A DNA stretch of 64,000 bases from a phage. The stretch is from sequence record PZ445489.1; one strand, given 5' to 3'. Positions 46,052-56,105 of the stretch are shown here, piece after piece; the stretch's first letter is position 1, and every line of letters begins with the position of its first letter. The notes under the pieces were generated by a model, which worked only from the letters and a program-made list of their open reading frames with translations, was not told where the DNA came from and searched no databases. Made by a program: the position numbers and the translations under genes.

Positions 46052-46333
46052 ATGAAAACTCGTCTAGACTGTGCTGTTCATGTTCTTGAACATGATGTTG
46101 TGGGAACCTGTATGTCTTATCACGAAGCAGGTCGTTTAATTAAAGAACGTGTGGCAGATGTGTGCGGATTGAAGATTACTGCTGAGGAAGCTGATGATCT
46201 TTTAGGTCAAGCACTAGAGAAAACCGAAATGTTTCTCTGCGATTCTTGTTCTTGGTGGTGTGAAGCTCACGAACGTTCTTTCAACGATTATGATGTATGT
46301 CGTGATTGTAGTGGGGAGGATGAAGATGAATAA
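46052..46333 (+). CDS. hypothetical Cys-rich protein (93 aa)
   Basis: CDSCSWWC...CRDCSG. Confidence 0.45.
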   Translation: MKTRLDCAVHVLEHDVVGTCMSYHEAGRLIKERVADVCGLKITAEEADDLLGQALEKTEMFLCDSCSWWCEAHERSFNDYDVCRDCSGEDEDE

Positions 46334-46625
46334 GTTTATTATTGCACTGATGATCTCCACAGTTAGTTTCGGTTCTCTGGCATCTATCAAAGTTTCTATG
46401 AAAAATGGTAATGTTAAAGTCCAACAGAACGGCATTATTACCGAGTATGGTAAAGTTCGTGATGTTAAGGAACGTAATGGTAAAGTAGAAATATATACTA
46501 ATAAAAACTTCTCTACTCCAGCCGTTACTATTAGCAAACGCGGTGAAATAACCACTCAACGTACTAATAGCTCCAGTTCTTTTACTTGTCGTTATGATTG
46601 CGACTTTGAAGGTGAAGATGAATAA
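46324..46625 (+). CDS. hypothetical secreted protein (signal peptide)
   Basis: ATG 46324 MNKFIIALMISTVSFGSLAS; track ORF 46260 overlaps upstream gene. Confidence 0.45.
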
Positions 46626-47037
46626 TTTAGACCCTAGAATTAAATTTGCAATTACAGAAATCCAAGATCAAATTGATGAGGATTTCACTGTTTGGTCAAG
46701 ATCTGGTAATGGAGAATATTGCCAGCTTTATAGCATGAAAATGGGTATCTCAATTGATCTTAATATCAACTCTGAAGGTAGAGTGGAAGCCCAACCCATG
46801 TTCAGTGTTCCAGGCTTCTCTGGATTTGTTGCAGGTATAAAATTGTGTCTACCAAATAACCATCTTCATCGAGTTATTTGTCAGCTAGAGACTATTAAGC
46901 ATTTCTTGCCAGAAGGTAACATTAATGACTACTACCATGAAGTTGTAGCAGCTCATATGATGAAAGAATGCAAACGTAGGAGAGAAGAACGTGAAAAAGC
47001 TAAACATCAACAGCACGGTGCAGATTCCAGCAACTAA
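46618..47037 (+). CDS. hypothetical protein
   Basis: ATG 46618 (track ORF 46594..47037). Confidence 0.45.
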   Translation: MNNLDPRIKFAITEIQDQIDEDFTVWSRSGNGEYCQLYSMKMGISIDLNINSEGRVEAQPMFSVPGFSGFVAGIKLCLPNNHLHRVICQLETIKHFLPEGNINDYYHEVVAAHMMKECKRRREEREKAKHQQHGADSSN

Positions 47038-47287
47038 GGATGTTTTAACATTCCTACGTAGTGAGAATACCCAGTTTTGGCATGACTATATTCAGGAAAA
47101 TAAAAATAATCCAGATGTAGTTGCCTTTGCCAAAAAACGTATCGAAGAATATAAAGATCCAGAGATTAAAGATGGGATGATCACTATGCAGCTGTGGGTA
47201 GCTATGAATACGTTTGGACCTGCTATGAGTCTAGGGGTTATTCCACTGTTTACTAATATTCTAATTAATGAAAAGGATCTGAAATGA
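46991..47287 (+). CDS. hypothetical protein (98 aa)
   Basis: ORF; start uncertain. Confidence 0.4.
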   Translation: MKKLNINSTVQIPATKDVLTFLRSENTQFWHDYIQENKNNPDVVAFAKKRIEEYKDPEIKDGMITMQLWVAMNTFGPAMSLGVIPLFTNILINEKDLK

Positions 47288-47568
47288 TTATCTCTCCATT
47301 TGCTCTTTGGTTCGTCATTGGATCTATAGTAGCTATTTACAGCTTGGTTGATGATCTGTATATTTCTAAGAATAAAGATGTAATATTATACGTTATACAT
47401 AAAACTCGACCGTTAGATCTGCCTCCTCTTGATGATAAAACATTACTCAGATGTGCTAGATCTATGATATTTATTGTGGATATTCTTCTAGGCCCAACAT
47501 CTGTGTTTTTCTTTTATAGAAAGACTCGTAATATGAAAAAATTTAAAGCTGAAATGCAGAATACCTAA
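47284..47568 (+). CDS. hypothetical membrane protein (94 aa)
   Basis: ORF; hydrophobic segments. Confidence 0.4.
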   Translation: MIISPFALWFVIGSIVAIYSLVDDLYISKNKDVILYVIHKTRPLDLPPLDDKTLLRCARSMIFIVDILLGPTSVFFFYRKTRNMKKFKAEMQNT

Positions 47569-47678
47569 AGAACTCGCGTAGGACCGAGTTGCGTCACCTG
47601 CAACTGTTACGGATAAGGGAGTCGTGCCCCTTAGTGCGGTAAGTGGTGAGTTGGTCGCTGACCTTAACTGGAGATTAT

Positions 47679-48023
47679 ATGACTATAATACTAATTCTTG
47701 TTACCACTTGGTTTTTAATTGGCGCTGGGTATGCAGTAGCTATACTTAGACACTTAGATGAATATTCTGCTGAATGGTTCATTAAACACCTTCGTATAGA
47801 CAACAAGGAGCACGAGTTTGAAAACGAAAAACAAAGAAAAGCAGTTGAAGAAATGACAGGCGAAGAATGCTTGTTCTATATGCGTGCAATAGGATTCTTA
47901 GGGTTATTTAGTGCTGGCCCACTAGGTTTTACCATAGCTCCTTATAAAGAAACAGTAGACGATATTAAGTTATGGAGAAATGCAGGGGTACTACGCAAAG
48001 CTAGAGAAACTAATATTACATAA
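47679..48023 (+). CDS. hypothetical membrane protein
   Basis: ATG 47679 MTIILILVTTWFLIGAG (track start 47643). Confidence 0.45.
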   Translation: MTIILILVTTWFLIGAGYAVAILRHLDEYSAEWFIKHLRIDNKEHEFENEKQRKAVEEMTGEECLFYMRAIGFLGLFSAGPLGFTIAPYKETVDDIKLWRNAGVLRKARETNIT

Positions 48024-48065
48024 GATTGACACTAAGTCAACTTACTAGCAAAAGCAAATAATGAC

Positions 48066-48104
48066 AAAGCCCAGCACGCACTTTTGCGACTGGGCTATTT
48101 TTAT
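48066..48104 (+). terminator. rho-independent terminator
   Basis: AGCCCAG...CTGGGCT hairpin + ATTTTTA. Confidence 0.55.
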
Positions 48105-48117
48105 AATAAAATTTTAG

Positions 48118-48146
48118 TTGCTTAGATGCCCAAACTTTTGTATAAT
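48118..48146 (+). promoter_or_regulatory. early-type promoter
   Basis: TTGCTT-17-TATAAT. Confidence 0.55.
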
Positions 48147-48177
48147 ATGTTTATAGATTGAGGCAAGAGGATTAAAT

Positions 48178-48876
48178 ATGAGGATTATTTCTAAGTTCGC
48201 CGATGTGTATGATTTGCAGAACAGTTTGTTCGACCCCGATCGTGTTTGGGAGCGTAAAACTGAAGAGCTACTGGTTAAGGTAACTGATGATGCAGAAAAG
48301 AACATTGTGCATACTCGCCAAGTATTTCGGGATGGTTCACTATCTTTCCGTGGCGACTTCGAATACTTTGTAAACCCACTGTTTGTTGCAGGTGAAGTTT
48401 ACTGGTTACACGAGCTGTACTGCTGGCATCCAGCATTTAGCTTCAAAACGTTTAATCTCGACACTATGTTTGATAAAATGGAAGAGATGGGATTACATGC
48501 TCGCTCTTACTTAATGGATAAGAGTCGTGGAGATGTTCGTGAAACAATGCGTGATCTGCTCGCTGAAGCAAAACCTAAAGCAGAACGTATCTTATCCGAA
48601 CTGCGTGTACCAATTGCATATGTGAAAGGTATTAAAAAGAACGATAACGATGATGTTCGTAACTTCGTAATTCAGACTAACATTCGTTTCCATCAGTCCG
48701 GTATTCCGTGGCAGGAAATTGAAAGTAACTTATACCGTTTACACCAAGTTCTCGAACAGTATATCTTCGGTGTACTAGGAACTGGTGAGCCTGATATGAT
48801 TAAAGTATCAGATAAAGACAGGTTAGCAGCGCATGGATTTGATACAAAAACTTCTTTCAGGAATATGGCACGGTAA
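48178..48876 (+). CDS. hypothetical protein (232 aa)
   Basis: ORF with promoter + RBS. Confidence 0.5.
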   Translation: MRIISKFADVYDLQNSLFDPDRVWERKTEELLVKVTDDAEKNIVHTRQVFRDGSLSFRGDFEYFVNPLFVAGEVYWLHELYCWHPAFSFKTFNLDTMFDKMEEMGLHARSYLMDKSRGDVRETMRDLLAEAKPKAERILSELRVPIAYVKGIKKNDNDDVRNFVIQTNIRFHQSGIPWQEIESNLYRLHQVLEQYIFGVLGTGEPDMIKVSDKDRLAAHGFDTKTSFRNMAR

Positions 48877-49282
48877 GTGGTGTATCCTGGGAGCAGGTCT
48901 AGCGATAGGCATCGGGTTCGGTGCTTATCACTTAGTAGATAAAGTGGAGACTTTAGCGGGTGATCTTGCGGTAGCTACTAAAAAGATCTCTTCTCTAGAA
49001 ACTTCCTTGAATAATGTAAAAGTTGAGAGTGAACGTCGTGAGACACGCATGAATCAATATTTTACACTGAATAATGTATCTCAAGCAGATCTAGACAAAA
49101 AGATTAAGCAGCTAGATAAAGCTCTTAGTCGCCAAGATGTTATCGCTGCAAAGCCTGGATTGGTAACATTAATTGCTAAAAAGCAGAATAAAGAGTTCGA
49201 GGAAAGATTAGCGTGTTTAACTGGAAACTTGGAGTACTGCTCGCAGCCACAATCACAATCACAGGCTGTGCAGAAGAAATAA
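48833..49282 (+). CDS. hypothetical membrane-anchored coiled-coil protein
   Basis: ORF; N-terminal hydrophobic segment. Confidence 0.45.
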   Translation: MDLIQKLLSGIWHGKWCILGAGLAIGIGFGAYHLVDKVETLAGDLAVATKKISSLETSLNNVKVESERRETRMNQYFTLNNVSQADLDKKIKQLDKALSRQDVIAAKPGLVTLIAKKQNKEFEERLACLTGNLEYCSQPQSQSQAVQKK

Positions 49283-49566
49283 AACCAGAGCCATCTCATG
49301 AGTTAAAGCAAGCTCATGTAGACTGGCCTAAAGGACTTCAACCTTGTAGCTTTGACTTTAAGTTTGAAAAGAAATTAGCTACAAATGGAGAAGATGGCGT
49401 AGTAGTTGTTGTACCGTATAAAGATTGGAATGCAAAAGCAAAATGTGAGGAAGCAGTTTACTCTTACATTTCACGACTGACTGGTATGGTTTGCTTCTAT
49501 CGCCAAGATTTACAAGAAAAACGTTGCTTAGTTTACTATCCACCAATTAACAATAGGAAAGATTAA
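49213..49566 (+). CDS. putative lipoprotein
   Basis: N-terminal LLAATITITGC lipobox-like signal; GTG start per track. Confidence 0.45.
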   Translation: MFNWKLGVLLAATITITGCAEEIKPEPSHELKQAHVDWPKGLQPCSFDFKFEKKLATNGEDGVVVVVPYKDWNAKAKCEEAVYSYISRLTGMVCFYRQDLQEKRCLVYYPPINNRKD

Positions 49567-50318
49567 TGTCAGTATTAGTCGGTTTACATGGTGAAGCTGG
49601 TTCGGGAAAAGATACCGTTGCAAAATTAATTATCGATTGGTGTAATGACACGTATCCAACGTGTTTATCCCGTCGTTATAGTTTTGCTAAGCCCGTTTAT
49701 GAACTTGCATCCGTAATCCTCGGTGTAACTCCAGAGTTTTTAGGAGAGCGCAGGGGAAAAGAGATTGACCAATGGTTTACGGTCACACAATCTCAATTGG
49801 AGCGAGCCAGAGATGTGTGGTTTAAGTACGGTATCGATAAGTTTGAAGACTTCTCGTACGTTTGGCCTATTTTTGAGGAAAAATATCTTAATCCTCAACA
49901 ACTTATCTCAGAGAATAAAGAAGACGGACTTTATAGTTTATTTAGTTCTCCGAGAAAAATGTTACAGCTCATAGGGACAGAGCTAGGAAGGCAGCTGGTG
50001 CATGAACGCATTTGGCTCATAATTCTGGAGCAATCCATCGCTAAAGACGACCCAGACGTCGCCGTAATAACAGATGTTAGATTCCCCAATGAAGGAGAGT
50101 TACTCAGAGAAACAAACCATTTAGATATGGATTCTTTGATAGTAAATGTAGTACCCGCTGAGCAGAAGTTCACTATTAAATCAGATCATCCATCTGAAAG
50201 TGGTATTCCTGCAAAATATATTACTCACGAATTAGTTAATAAATTCGATGGTATCAATAACCTTAAACTAGAAGTTTATAACTTCTGTGACTTAGAGCTA
50301 GAACCACTAGTTGGATAA
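49566..50318 (+). CDS. dnk: P-loop nucleotide kinase, probably deoxynucleoside monophosphate kinase
   Basis: N-terminal LVGLHGEAGSGKDT P-loop typical of phage dNMP kinases. Confidence 0.55.
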   Translation: MSVLVGLHGEAGSGKDTVAKLIIDWCNDTYPTCLSRRYSFAKPVYELASVILGVTPEFLGERRGKEIDQWFTVTQSQLERARDVWFKYGIDKFEDFSYVWPIFEEKYLNPQQLISENKEDGLYSLFSSPRKMLQLIGTELGRQLVHERIWLIILEQSIAKDDPDVAVITDVRFPNEGELLRETNHLDMDSLIVNVVPAEQKFTIKSDHPSESGIPAKYITHELVNKFDGINNLKLEVYNFCDLELEPLVG

Positions 50319-50330
50319 TCAAGGATCGCT

Positions 50331-50930
50331 ATGACTAATAAAAAAGAAGAAAAGACTAACCTGTTTCACTCCATTCGCCAATCTAATGAGTATACCTTTT
50401 TCTTTGATGAAGAATTAGGCCCGCCGGATGAATACCGTGATTTATCAATGGTACTTATGCAAGCAAATGAGGACGACGAAATTAATCTGATGATTAATGG
50501 CCCGGGTGGTTATGTTGATACTGCTGCACAGTTATCTAACTTAATTGCTAATTGCCGTGGAACAGTTATAGGGCATCTGATTGGTCCTAGTGCTTCTGCT
50601 TACTGCACAATTTTCCTATCTTGCCATGGATGGGTAGTACATCCACATGCTACGCTAATGGGACACACGTTCTCTGGCGGGTTCTGTGAGAAAGGTCAAG
50701 AAATCAAGAAAGCCTATGAATCTTACAACAAGTTTGTAGAAGATATGATGCTAGATGTCTACTATCCGTTCTTCTCAATAGATGAAATCGACGAGATGGT
50801 AAAAGACAACAAAAATATCTATCTAGATAGCAAGGAAATCCGTAAGCGTATTGAAATCTTGGCAAAATATCGATCTGAGCAATATAATAAAGCCCAGTTA
50901 CCTCAATCAGAGGAGCATAACGAAGAGTAA
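50331..50930 (+). CDS. ClpP-like serine peptidase (S14 family)
   Basis: LMINGPGGYV (ClpP INSPGG-like), GPSASAY (Ser nucleophile region), downstream His. Confidence 0.55.
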   Translation: MTNKKEEKTNLFHSIRQSNEYTFFFDEELGPPDEYRDLSMVLMQANEDDEINLMINGPGGYVDTAAQLSNLIANCRGTVIGHLIGPSASAYCTIFLSCHGWVVHPHATLMGHTFSGGFCEKGQEIKKAYESYNKFVEDMMLDVYYPFFSIDEIDEMVKDNKNIYLDSKEIRKRIEILAKYRSEQYNKAQLPQSEEHNEE

Positions 50931-50940
50931 GTAATTTTAA

Positions 50941-50971
50941 GCCAGGGTTTAACGACCCTGGCTTTTCTTTT
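50941..50971 (+). terminator. rho-independent terminator
   Basis: GCCAGGGTTTAACGACCCTGGC + TTTTCTTTT. Confidence 0.6.
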
Positions 50972-51086
50972 ATCTAAAATTCTTCTTGACAACGACAAAA
51001 TTTTATGCTCCAGAAGTGATCTTTAAAAACACATTGTAATTTTCCTCCAAAATTAGTATAATGGTATTGGTTAGAGGAGGTTACAA

Positions 51087-51743
51087 TTGGAAAAGTTCTT
51101 ACAATTATTAACGGTACTGCTCCAAGAAGCGAAAGATCCAGCATCGCTTCTTAAACGTCTGCTAACTATCTTAGTTGCTGTCATTATTTTCTTATTTGTT
51201 AGTAATACTAGCGAGGTGATGTCATTCTTAAAGACTTTCTCCACGTCTGCGGTTCTACAGGATGTTCAAACTCAAAGGATAGATAACTTTCCTAATGTAG
51301 CTAGAGAAAAGAGCATGGTACTCTTTTCTCAAACGGGTGCGGATGCTGTTTTTGTCGTCAAGTATAAACCCGATGCCATTAATGATTATTCTAACATTAT
51401 TGCATGGGAAAGCAATGCGCAATTAGATAGGGCTGACTTGGCCGATAAAGCGGTAAATAAAACGTCTGAGCTATATAGACGTCACTTGGAAGGCTTTAAC
51501 TACGCATCGGATTTAAGTGTAAAAGTAAATAAATACATGGGGTTAAATATACCTGCGTTTAAGAACGTTACTTTTAATTACATATACACTTGTCCGTATT
51601 TCAATCTAAACAATATCTATGCTGGATATATTGGTATTGCTTGGAAAGATAACCCTGTAGATGCAGCCGATTCTGAGAAATTTAAGGAATATTTAACAAA
51701 GCTCTGTTCACCACAACAGAGATCTTTAGGTAGATCAATATGA
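51087..51743 (+). CDS. putative holin / membrane protein immediately upstream of endolysin
   Basis: TTG start 8 nt after GAGGAGG RBS; N-terminal TM segment; position before endolysin. Confidence 0.45.
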   Translation: MEKFLQLLTVLLQEAKDPASLLKRLLTILVAVIIFLFVSNTSEVMSFLKTFSTSAVLQDVQTQRIDNFPNVAREKSMVLFSQTGADAVFVVKYKPDAINDYSNIIAWESNAQLDRADLADKAVNKTSELYRRHLEGFNYASDLSVKVNKYMGLNIPAFKNVTFNYIYTCPYFNLNNIYAGYIGIAWKDNPVDAADSEKFKEYLTKLCSPQQRSLGRSI

Positions 51744-52153
51744 GTTTTAAATTTGGTAAAAATAGCGAAAAACAATTAGCTACCGTCAAGCCAGAGCTAC
51801 AAAAAGTAGCTCGTAGAGCTTTAGAATTATCTCCATATGATTTTACGATCGTACAGGGTATTCGTACAGTAGCACAAAGTGCCCAGAATATTGCTAATGG
51901 TACTTCATTTTTAAAAGATCCTAGTAAAAGTAAGCATATTACTGGGGATGCTCTTGATTTTGCTCCATACATTAATGGCAAAATTGATTGGAATGATTTA
52001 GAAGCATTTTGGGCAGTTAAGAAGGCTTTTGAACAAGCTGGTAAAGAGCTAGGCATTAAACTTCGTTTTGGTGCTGATTGGAATGCTTCGGGAGACTATC
52101 ACGATGAAATAAAACGTGGTACCTATGATGGCGGTCATGTCGAACTAGTTTAA
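51740..52153 (+). CDS. lys: endolysin, L-alanyl-D-glutamate peptidase (M15 family)
   Basis: H..GDALDF...DWNASGD..H..GGHVEL zinc-peptidase motifs; 137 aa. Confidence 0.7.
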   Translation: MSFKFGKNSEKQLATVKPELQKVARRALELSPYDFTIVQGIRTVAQSAQNIANGTSFLKDPSKSKHITGDALDFAPYINGKIDWNDLEAFWAVKKAFEQAGKELGIKLRFGADWNASGDYHDEIKRGTYDGGHVELV

Positions 52154-52163
52154 TTAATAACTT

Positions 52164-52188
52164 AGGCGGGAGTATTCCCGCCTTTTTA
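52164..52188 (+). terminator. rho-independent terminator
   Basis: GGCGGGAGTATTCCCGCC + TTTTT. Confidence 0.6.
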
Positions 52189-52231
52189 GGCAAAGGGGGC
52201 TTTAATAATTTTTTGAAGATAGGAGAAAGCC

Positions 52232-52648
52232 ATGTTTGCAGAACTATTCACTATGATGCTGCTAGGTATCTGGAAAATAAGTCTAGTAGTATTCGTTTTA
52301 ATGATAGTCTTTACTATCATTGCATTAACTACCCGAAATAGCTTATTAATAAAGGTTATTCACGGACTAGAGTATATAATTATGGGTTCATTCGGCGTTT
52401 GTAAATGCAATTGCCATAGAGATACGAAATATTGTTGGTTATGGATGGAACTAGAGAATCCTATATCCATAGCTTTGGCTGTTTCATTCGGCATGATTCT
52501 TATGGCCCTTACTCTAGCATTAATACCTTTGATGTTAGCTGGGGGAGTTACAGCGTATTTCACCCTTTTCTCCCCGATACTTATGTACTCAATTTACCCA
52601 ATAACTATGTATCTAGTTAGGAAAAGATTTATACATGCAGTAGATTAA
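52232..52648 (+). CDS. hypothetical integral membrane protein (138 aa)
   Basis: Multiple hydrophobic segments. Confidence 0.45.
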   Translation: MFAELFTMMLLGIWKISLVVFVLMIVFTIIALTTRNSLLIKVIHGLEYIIMGSFGVCKCNCHRDTKYCWLWMELENPISIALAVSFGMILMALTLALIPLMLAGGVTAYFTLFSPILMYSIYPITMYLVRKRFIHAVD

Positions 52649-52661
52649 GATAAAAAAGTAG

Positions 52662-52690
52662 TTGACTTTTAGCCCTAGTTATTATATAAT
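52662..52690 (+). promoter_or_regulatory. sigma70-type promoter
   Basis: TTGACT-17-TATAAT. Confidence 0.55.
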
Positions 52691-52723
52691 ATATACATAA
52701 ATTAGTTAAGAGAGGTATATAAT

Positions 52724-53155
52724 ATGTCTGATCGTTTCTACACTCAAATGGCGGAACATTTTCGTATACCACATTACGAGCTAAACATTGCACTCCGCGA
52801 TCATGACTCTCCTGAGTACAAAAAGCTCGAAAAGAAAGCGGAAAAATCTATTGATACAAAGGTAGGTGCATCTATGTCTAAGGGCAAAAAGTTAACTCGT
52901 CTTGATCTTAATAAAATTTTAACTGAACTTTTGGGTACTGATATTGAGGGTGCTAAATTACCGCTTCTTGTACTAGAGACTATGATTAAAAAGGTCAAAA
53001 ATAAAGAATATAAGAAGGTAGAAGTCCCAGAAGGCAGATTAAAGGCTCCTTATCAGGAAGCATTAACCGAGTGTTTGGGTGTAAATCTTGATCTGAGCAC
53101 CGCAACCGTAAAAACTATGAAAAACTTCTTAGAGGCCATTAATAACTATGAGTAA
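52724..53155 (+). CDS. hypothetical protein (143 aa)
   Basis: ORF with promoter + RBS. Confidence 0.5.
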   Translation: MSDRFYTQMAEHFRIPHYELNIALRDHDSPEYKKLEKKAEKSIDTKVGASMSKGKKLTRLDLNKILTELLGTDIEGAKLPLLVLETMIKKVKNKEYKKVEVPEGRLKAPYQEALTECLGVNLDLSTATVKTMKNFLEAINNYE

Positions 53156-53438
53156 ATTAGTATATCTATTGAAAGGTTCTACTTGCAATCCTTGCAAAAT
53201 GTTTGAGCCAGTATTTGATAAAGTAGTCAATGACTATAATTTGGAAGTCCATAAAGAGACTGATAATACAGAATTAATGCAGAAATTTGGTGTACGCCAA
53301 GTTCCTGTAGTAGTTCTAGCGGATCGCTTACCTAATGGTCGAGTAGAAGCTAATCATATTTTGATTGGACGCCAGCTTCGTAAAGAAACTATGCACGAAG
53401 CTATTAAAAATTTCCTGGATGATAATCCAGAGGATTAA
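53148..53438 (+). CDS. thioredoxin/glutaredoxin-like protein
   Basis: CNPC redox motif near N-terminus, VPVVV beta strand. Confidence 0.5.
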   Translation: MSKLVYLLKGSTCNPCKMFEPVFDKVVNDYNLEVHKETDNTELMQKFGVRQVPVVVLADRLPNGRVEANHILIGRQLRKETMHEAIKNFLDDNPED

Positions 53439-53442
53439 TAAA

Positions 53443-53477
53443 CCAAGCCTGATCTTAGCGGATCAGGCTTTTATTTT
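53443..53477 (+). terminator. rho-independent terminator
   Basis: AAGCCTGATC...GATCAGGCTT + TTATTTT. Confidence 0.6.
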
Positions 53478-53479
53478 AC

Positions 53480-53508
53480 TTGCTTTTTGCTAAAAATTTT
53501 GGTATAAT
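53480..53508 (+). promoter_or_regulatory. early-type promoter
   Basis: TTGCTT-17-TATAAT. Confidence 0.55.
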
Positions 53509-53565
53509 AATTATATAAATTGATAAGAAGGCTATCTACACACTACAAGAAATAGGGGTATTCCA

Positions 53566-53943
53566 ATGAACTATGCATATCTAATTATTAATAATAACGT
53601 AGTTTGTGGTACTCGCGCTGTTGAGATGGGTATTACAGAAGAAAAGTATAAGTCACTTCCAGAAAAGGAACAACAATATTATGTTGAAGAAGCTGCTTGG
53701 GAGTATGCTGAGGTTTATCCCGAAGAACGTGAAGATTGTCTTACTCTTGTTGTGTCTCTGGGTTTGGTTGGCTGTGATACCGAAGTTGATACAGACCTAG
53801 AGACTTTAGAGGAGTGGGAAGAGTTAGATATTTCAGCTAAAAACTCCTTAATCCGTGAAGCCTTTTGGGAAGCTGTAGATTGCCACGTAGTATTTGAACC
53901 TAATGATGAAGAGGCTGAAAAACATACTAACCATTGGGGATAA
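53566..53943 (+). CDS. hypothetical acidic protein (125 aa)
   Basis: ORF. Confidence 0.45.
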   Translation: MNYAYLIINNNVVCGTRAVEMGITEEKYKSLPEKEQQYYVEEAAWEYAEVYPEEREDCLTLVVSLGLVGCDTEVDTDLETLEEWEELDISAKNSLIREAFWEAVDCHVVFEPNDEEAEKHTNHWG

Positions 53944-53947
53944 TTAA

Positions 53948-54193
53948 ATGTTAGCAGAACAAGCAAAACGTTTAGCTAGAATAAATAGAGCTGCACTCCT
54001 TAAGAGCCGAAAGAAGCCGTATAGATACGTTAAAAGACGGATTCTAGCTTCTGTAGAGGCTGGGGGTTCTTTTATACAATTTAATCGTGATGAAATTAGT
54101 TATGAAGCTATAAAAGCCCTCTATAAAGATGGTTATACTCTAAAACTATCAAATAATTATGGTACAACTATTTTAAATGTTATTTGGGAATAA
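53948..54193 (+). CDS. hypothetical protein (81 aa)
   Basis: ORF. Confidence 0.45.
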   Translation: MLAEQAKRLARINRAALLKSRKKPYRYVKRRILASVEAGGSFIQFNRDEISYEAIKALYKDGYTLKLSNNYGTTILNVIWE

Positions 54194-55059
54194 TTATGAA
54201 AAAAGAATTTAATGTGCATAAAACACTAGTAGTACCTGATGACGTTAATTTATTCTTTGTTGGTGATATTCATGGATGCAACGATTTACTAGAAGATGCA
54301 CTACAATTAGCTGGCTATAACGGCAAGAAAGACTGCGTTGTATGCGTGGGGGATTTAATTGATCGAGGCACGCAGAACCTACAAGTTTTAGCCAAATTCC
54401 TGTATAATCCACGCTTTATCAGTGTCCGTGGTAATCATGACCAATTTATGATTGTGGGAGATTGGGCTAACTGGATGTATAACGGTGGTATGTGGGCCAT
54501 GAATGAACTAGATGCAGATACCATTAAAAATATTGCTGAAGACATGGCTGAAAAAATGCCAGTATTTCTGACTGTATTGCATCGTGGTAAAAAGTATGGT
54601 GTTGTTCATGGTGGTGTACCTTTTACGTACAAAGAATGCGGTAACGAAGTAGAAACCCCAGTATGGGATAGTCTTATTGCACAAGTAGAAGCAGCTAAGG
54701 AAGACCCCCATGACCATCCTGGATACCATGTTGAGCCATACTTATGGGATCGAGATGTAATCCAAGAAATAGGTTTTCACTTAGCTAAAAATGGTGAAGA
54801 ACACTCATATTTCCAGCGTTATGCAGGGTTTAAAGAGAAATACATGGTAGAAGTACCTCCAGTTAAAGGTGTAGATTTCGTGTTTCACGGACATACTGGA
54901 GTTCCTTACCCACTTCTTTATAAGAACCGTGTTTATCTTGATACTGGCGGTGTTTTCAACGGGCAGTTGACGGTTGCGCAGGTTAACGATGAAACTGGCA
55001 AAATCACCACATTTACCACAGACAAAAATGATAGCTGCGGTGTACAGAGGATCCTTTAA
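54184..55059 (+). CDS. Ser/Thr protein phosphatase (PPP-family metallophosphoesterase)
   Basis: GDIHGC, GDLIDRG, RGNHD motifs. Confidence 0.8.
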   Translation: MGIIMKKEFNVHKTLVVPDDVNLFFVGDIHGCNDLLEDALQLAGYNGKKDCVVCVGDLIDRGTQNLQVLAKFLYNPRFISVRGNHDQFMIVGDWANWMYNGGMWAMNELDADTIKNIAEDMAEKMPVFLTVLHRGKKYGVVHGGVPFTYKECGNEVETPVWDSLIAQVEAAKEDPHDHPGYHVEPYLWDRDVIQEIGFHLAKNGEEHSYFQRYAGFKEKYMVEVPPVKGVDFVFHGHTGVPYPLLYKNRVYLDTGGVFNGQLTVAQVNDETGKITTFTTDKNDSCGVQRIL

Positions 55060-55358
55060 TGAATGATAGAATGAAAGAAGTACAAGAAGAATTACGAGCA
55101 ATGCGTATTGATGCCCTTCGTTGGAGGGCATTAGTTAATGCTTTCGTCAAAGGAGACACCGGAGTAATATATTCTGGAATAGCAGTCAATTTTTGTTTTA
55201 ATTCTCCTGCTGAAATAGAGATAGAAACAAGGCTTACTACCTACCTTAATGAGGTAGATCTTAAGGAAGGAGAGACTCCCGAGGAGTTTAAAACCAAAGT
55301 GTTAACCTCTTGGGTTGATAGTTTAATACAGAATAAGGAAAAGAGTAATGAAAGTTAA
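55059..55358 (+). CDS. hypothetical protein (99 aa)
   Basis: ORF. Confidence 0.45.
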   Translation: MNDRMKEVQEELRAMRIDALRWRALVNAFVKGDTGVIYSGIAVNFCFNSPAEIEIETRLTTYLNEVDLKEGETPEEFKTKVLTSWVDSLIQNKEKSNES

Positions 55359-55938
55359 ATTCTGGTCAGACTTGCATCTAGACCACCCTGGAGCGTTACG
55401 TTTCCGTCCGTGGTTTAAGAACATGAAAGAGCACGATGAGTATATTCTAGATACTTTGTCTAAGCATATTGGTAAACGAACAAAACTTATTTTGCTAGGA
55501 GATATTGCAGTAGGTCGTGAAGGTCTAACCAAATTAAAGTCGGTTATCCACAATGTCCCTAATCAACTTATTATGGGTAATCATGATGCGGAACGTCAAG
55601 GACTGAGCATCAGGGATTTAGCGGAAGTTTATGACGATATCCAGGCTCTAGGTAAACAGACTGGAGGCGGCAAAAAGTTTTGGCTATCTCACTGCCCTTT
55701 GCACCCTAATGAACTTCGTGGCAAACTAAATATTCACGGACATGTACATACTACTTCTCTACGTGATCCACGTTATATTAATGTCTCATTTGAAATGAGT
55801 AAAACTCCAATCCCACTGGAGGATATTGTATCTGGTAAGTTTACTAGCTATGATAGAGTAGTTAATTGTACTACCGGCGAAGTATTACAAATAGGGGAAG
55901 ATGTAGCTGCCGTATTGCGTGGAGATATAAATGTCTAA
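55348..55938 (+). CDS. calcineurin-like metallophosphoesterase
   Basis: SDLHLD, LGDIAVG, MGNHDAE motifs. Confidence 0.65.
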   Translation: MKVKFWSDLHLDHPGALRFRPWFKNMKEHDEYILDTLSKHIGKRTKLILLGDIAVGREGLTKLKSVIHNVPNQLIMGNHDAERQGLSIRDLAEVYDDIQALGKQTGGGKKFWLSHCPLHPNELRGKLNIHGHVHTTSLRDPRYINVSFEMSKTPIPLEDIVSGKFTSYDRVVNCTTGEVLQIGEDVAAVLRGDINV

Positions 55939-56046
55939 GTATATAGCTGAGGCTATTATTAAACGAATCATACAAACAGTAGCAATACTTATAATCATTT
56001 GTATTGCTATTGGCACAGGATTAGGCATTTTAACTAAAAGTTTTAT

Positions 56047-56075
56047 TTGCTAAAATGCTTAAGTTTCTGTATAAT
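56047..56075 (+). promoter_or_regulatory. early-type promoter
   Basis: TTGCTA-17-TATAAT. Confidence 0.55.
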
Positions 56076-56105
56076 TACTTTATAAATTGATGAGAAGGAA
56101 TCAAA

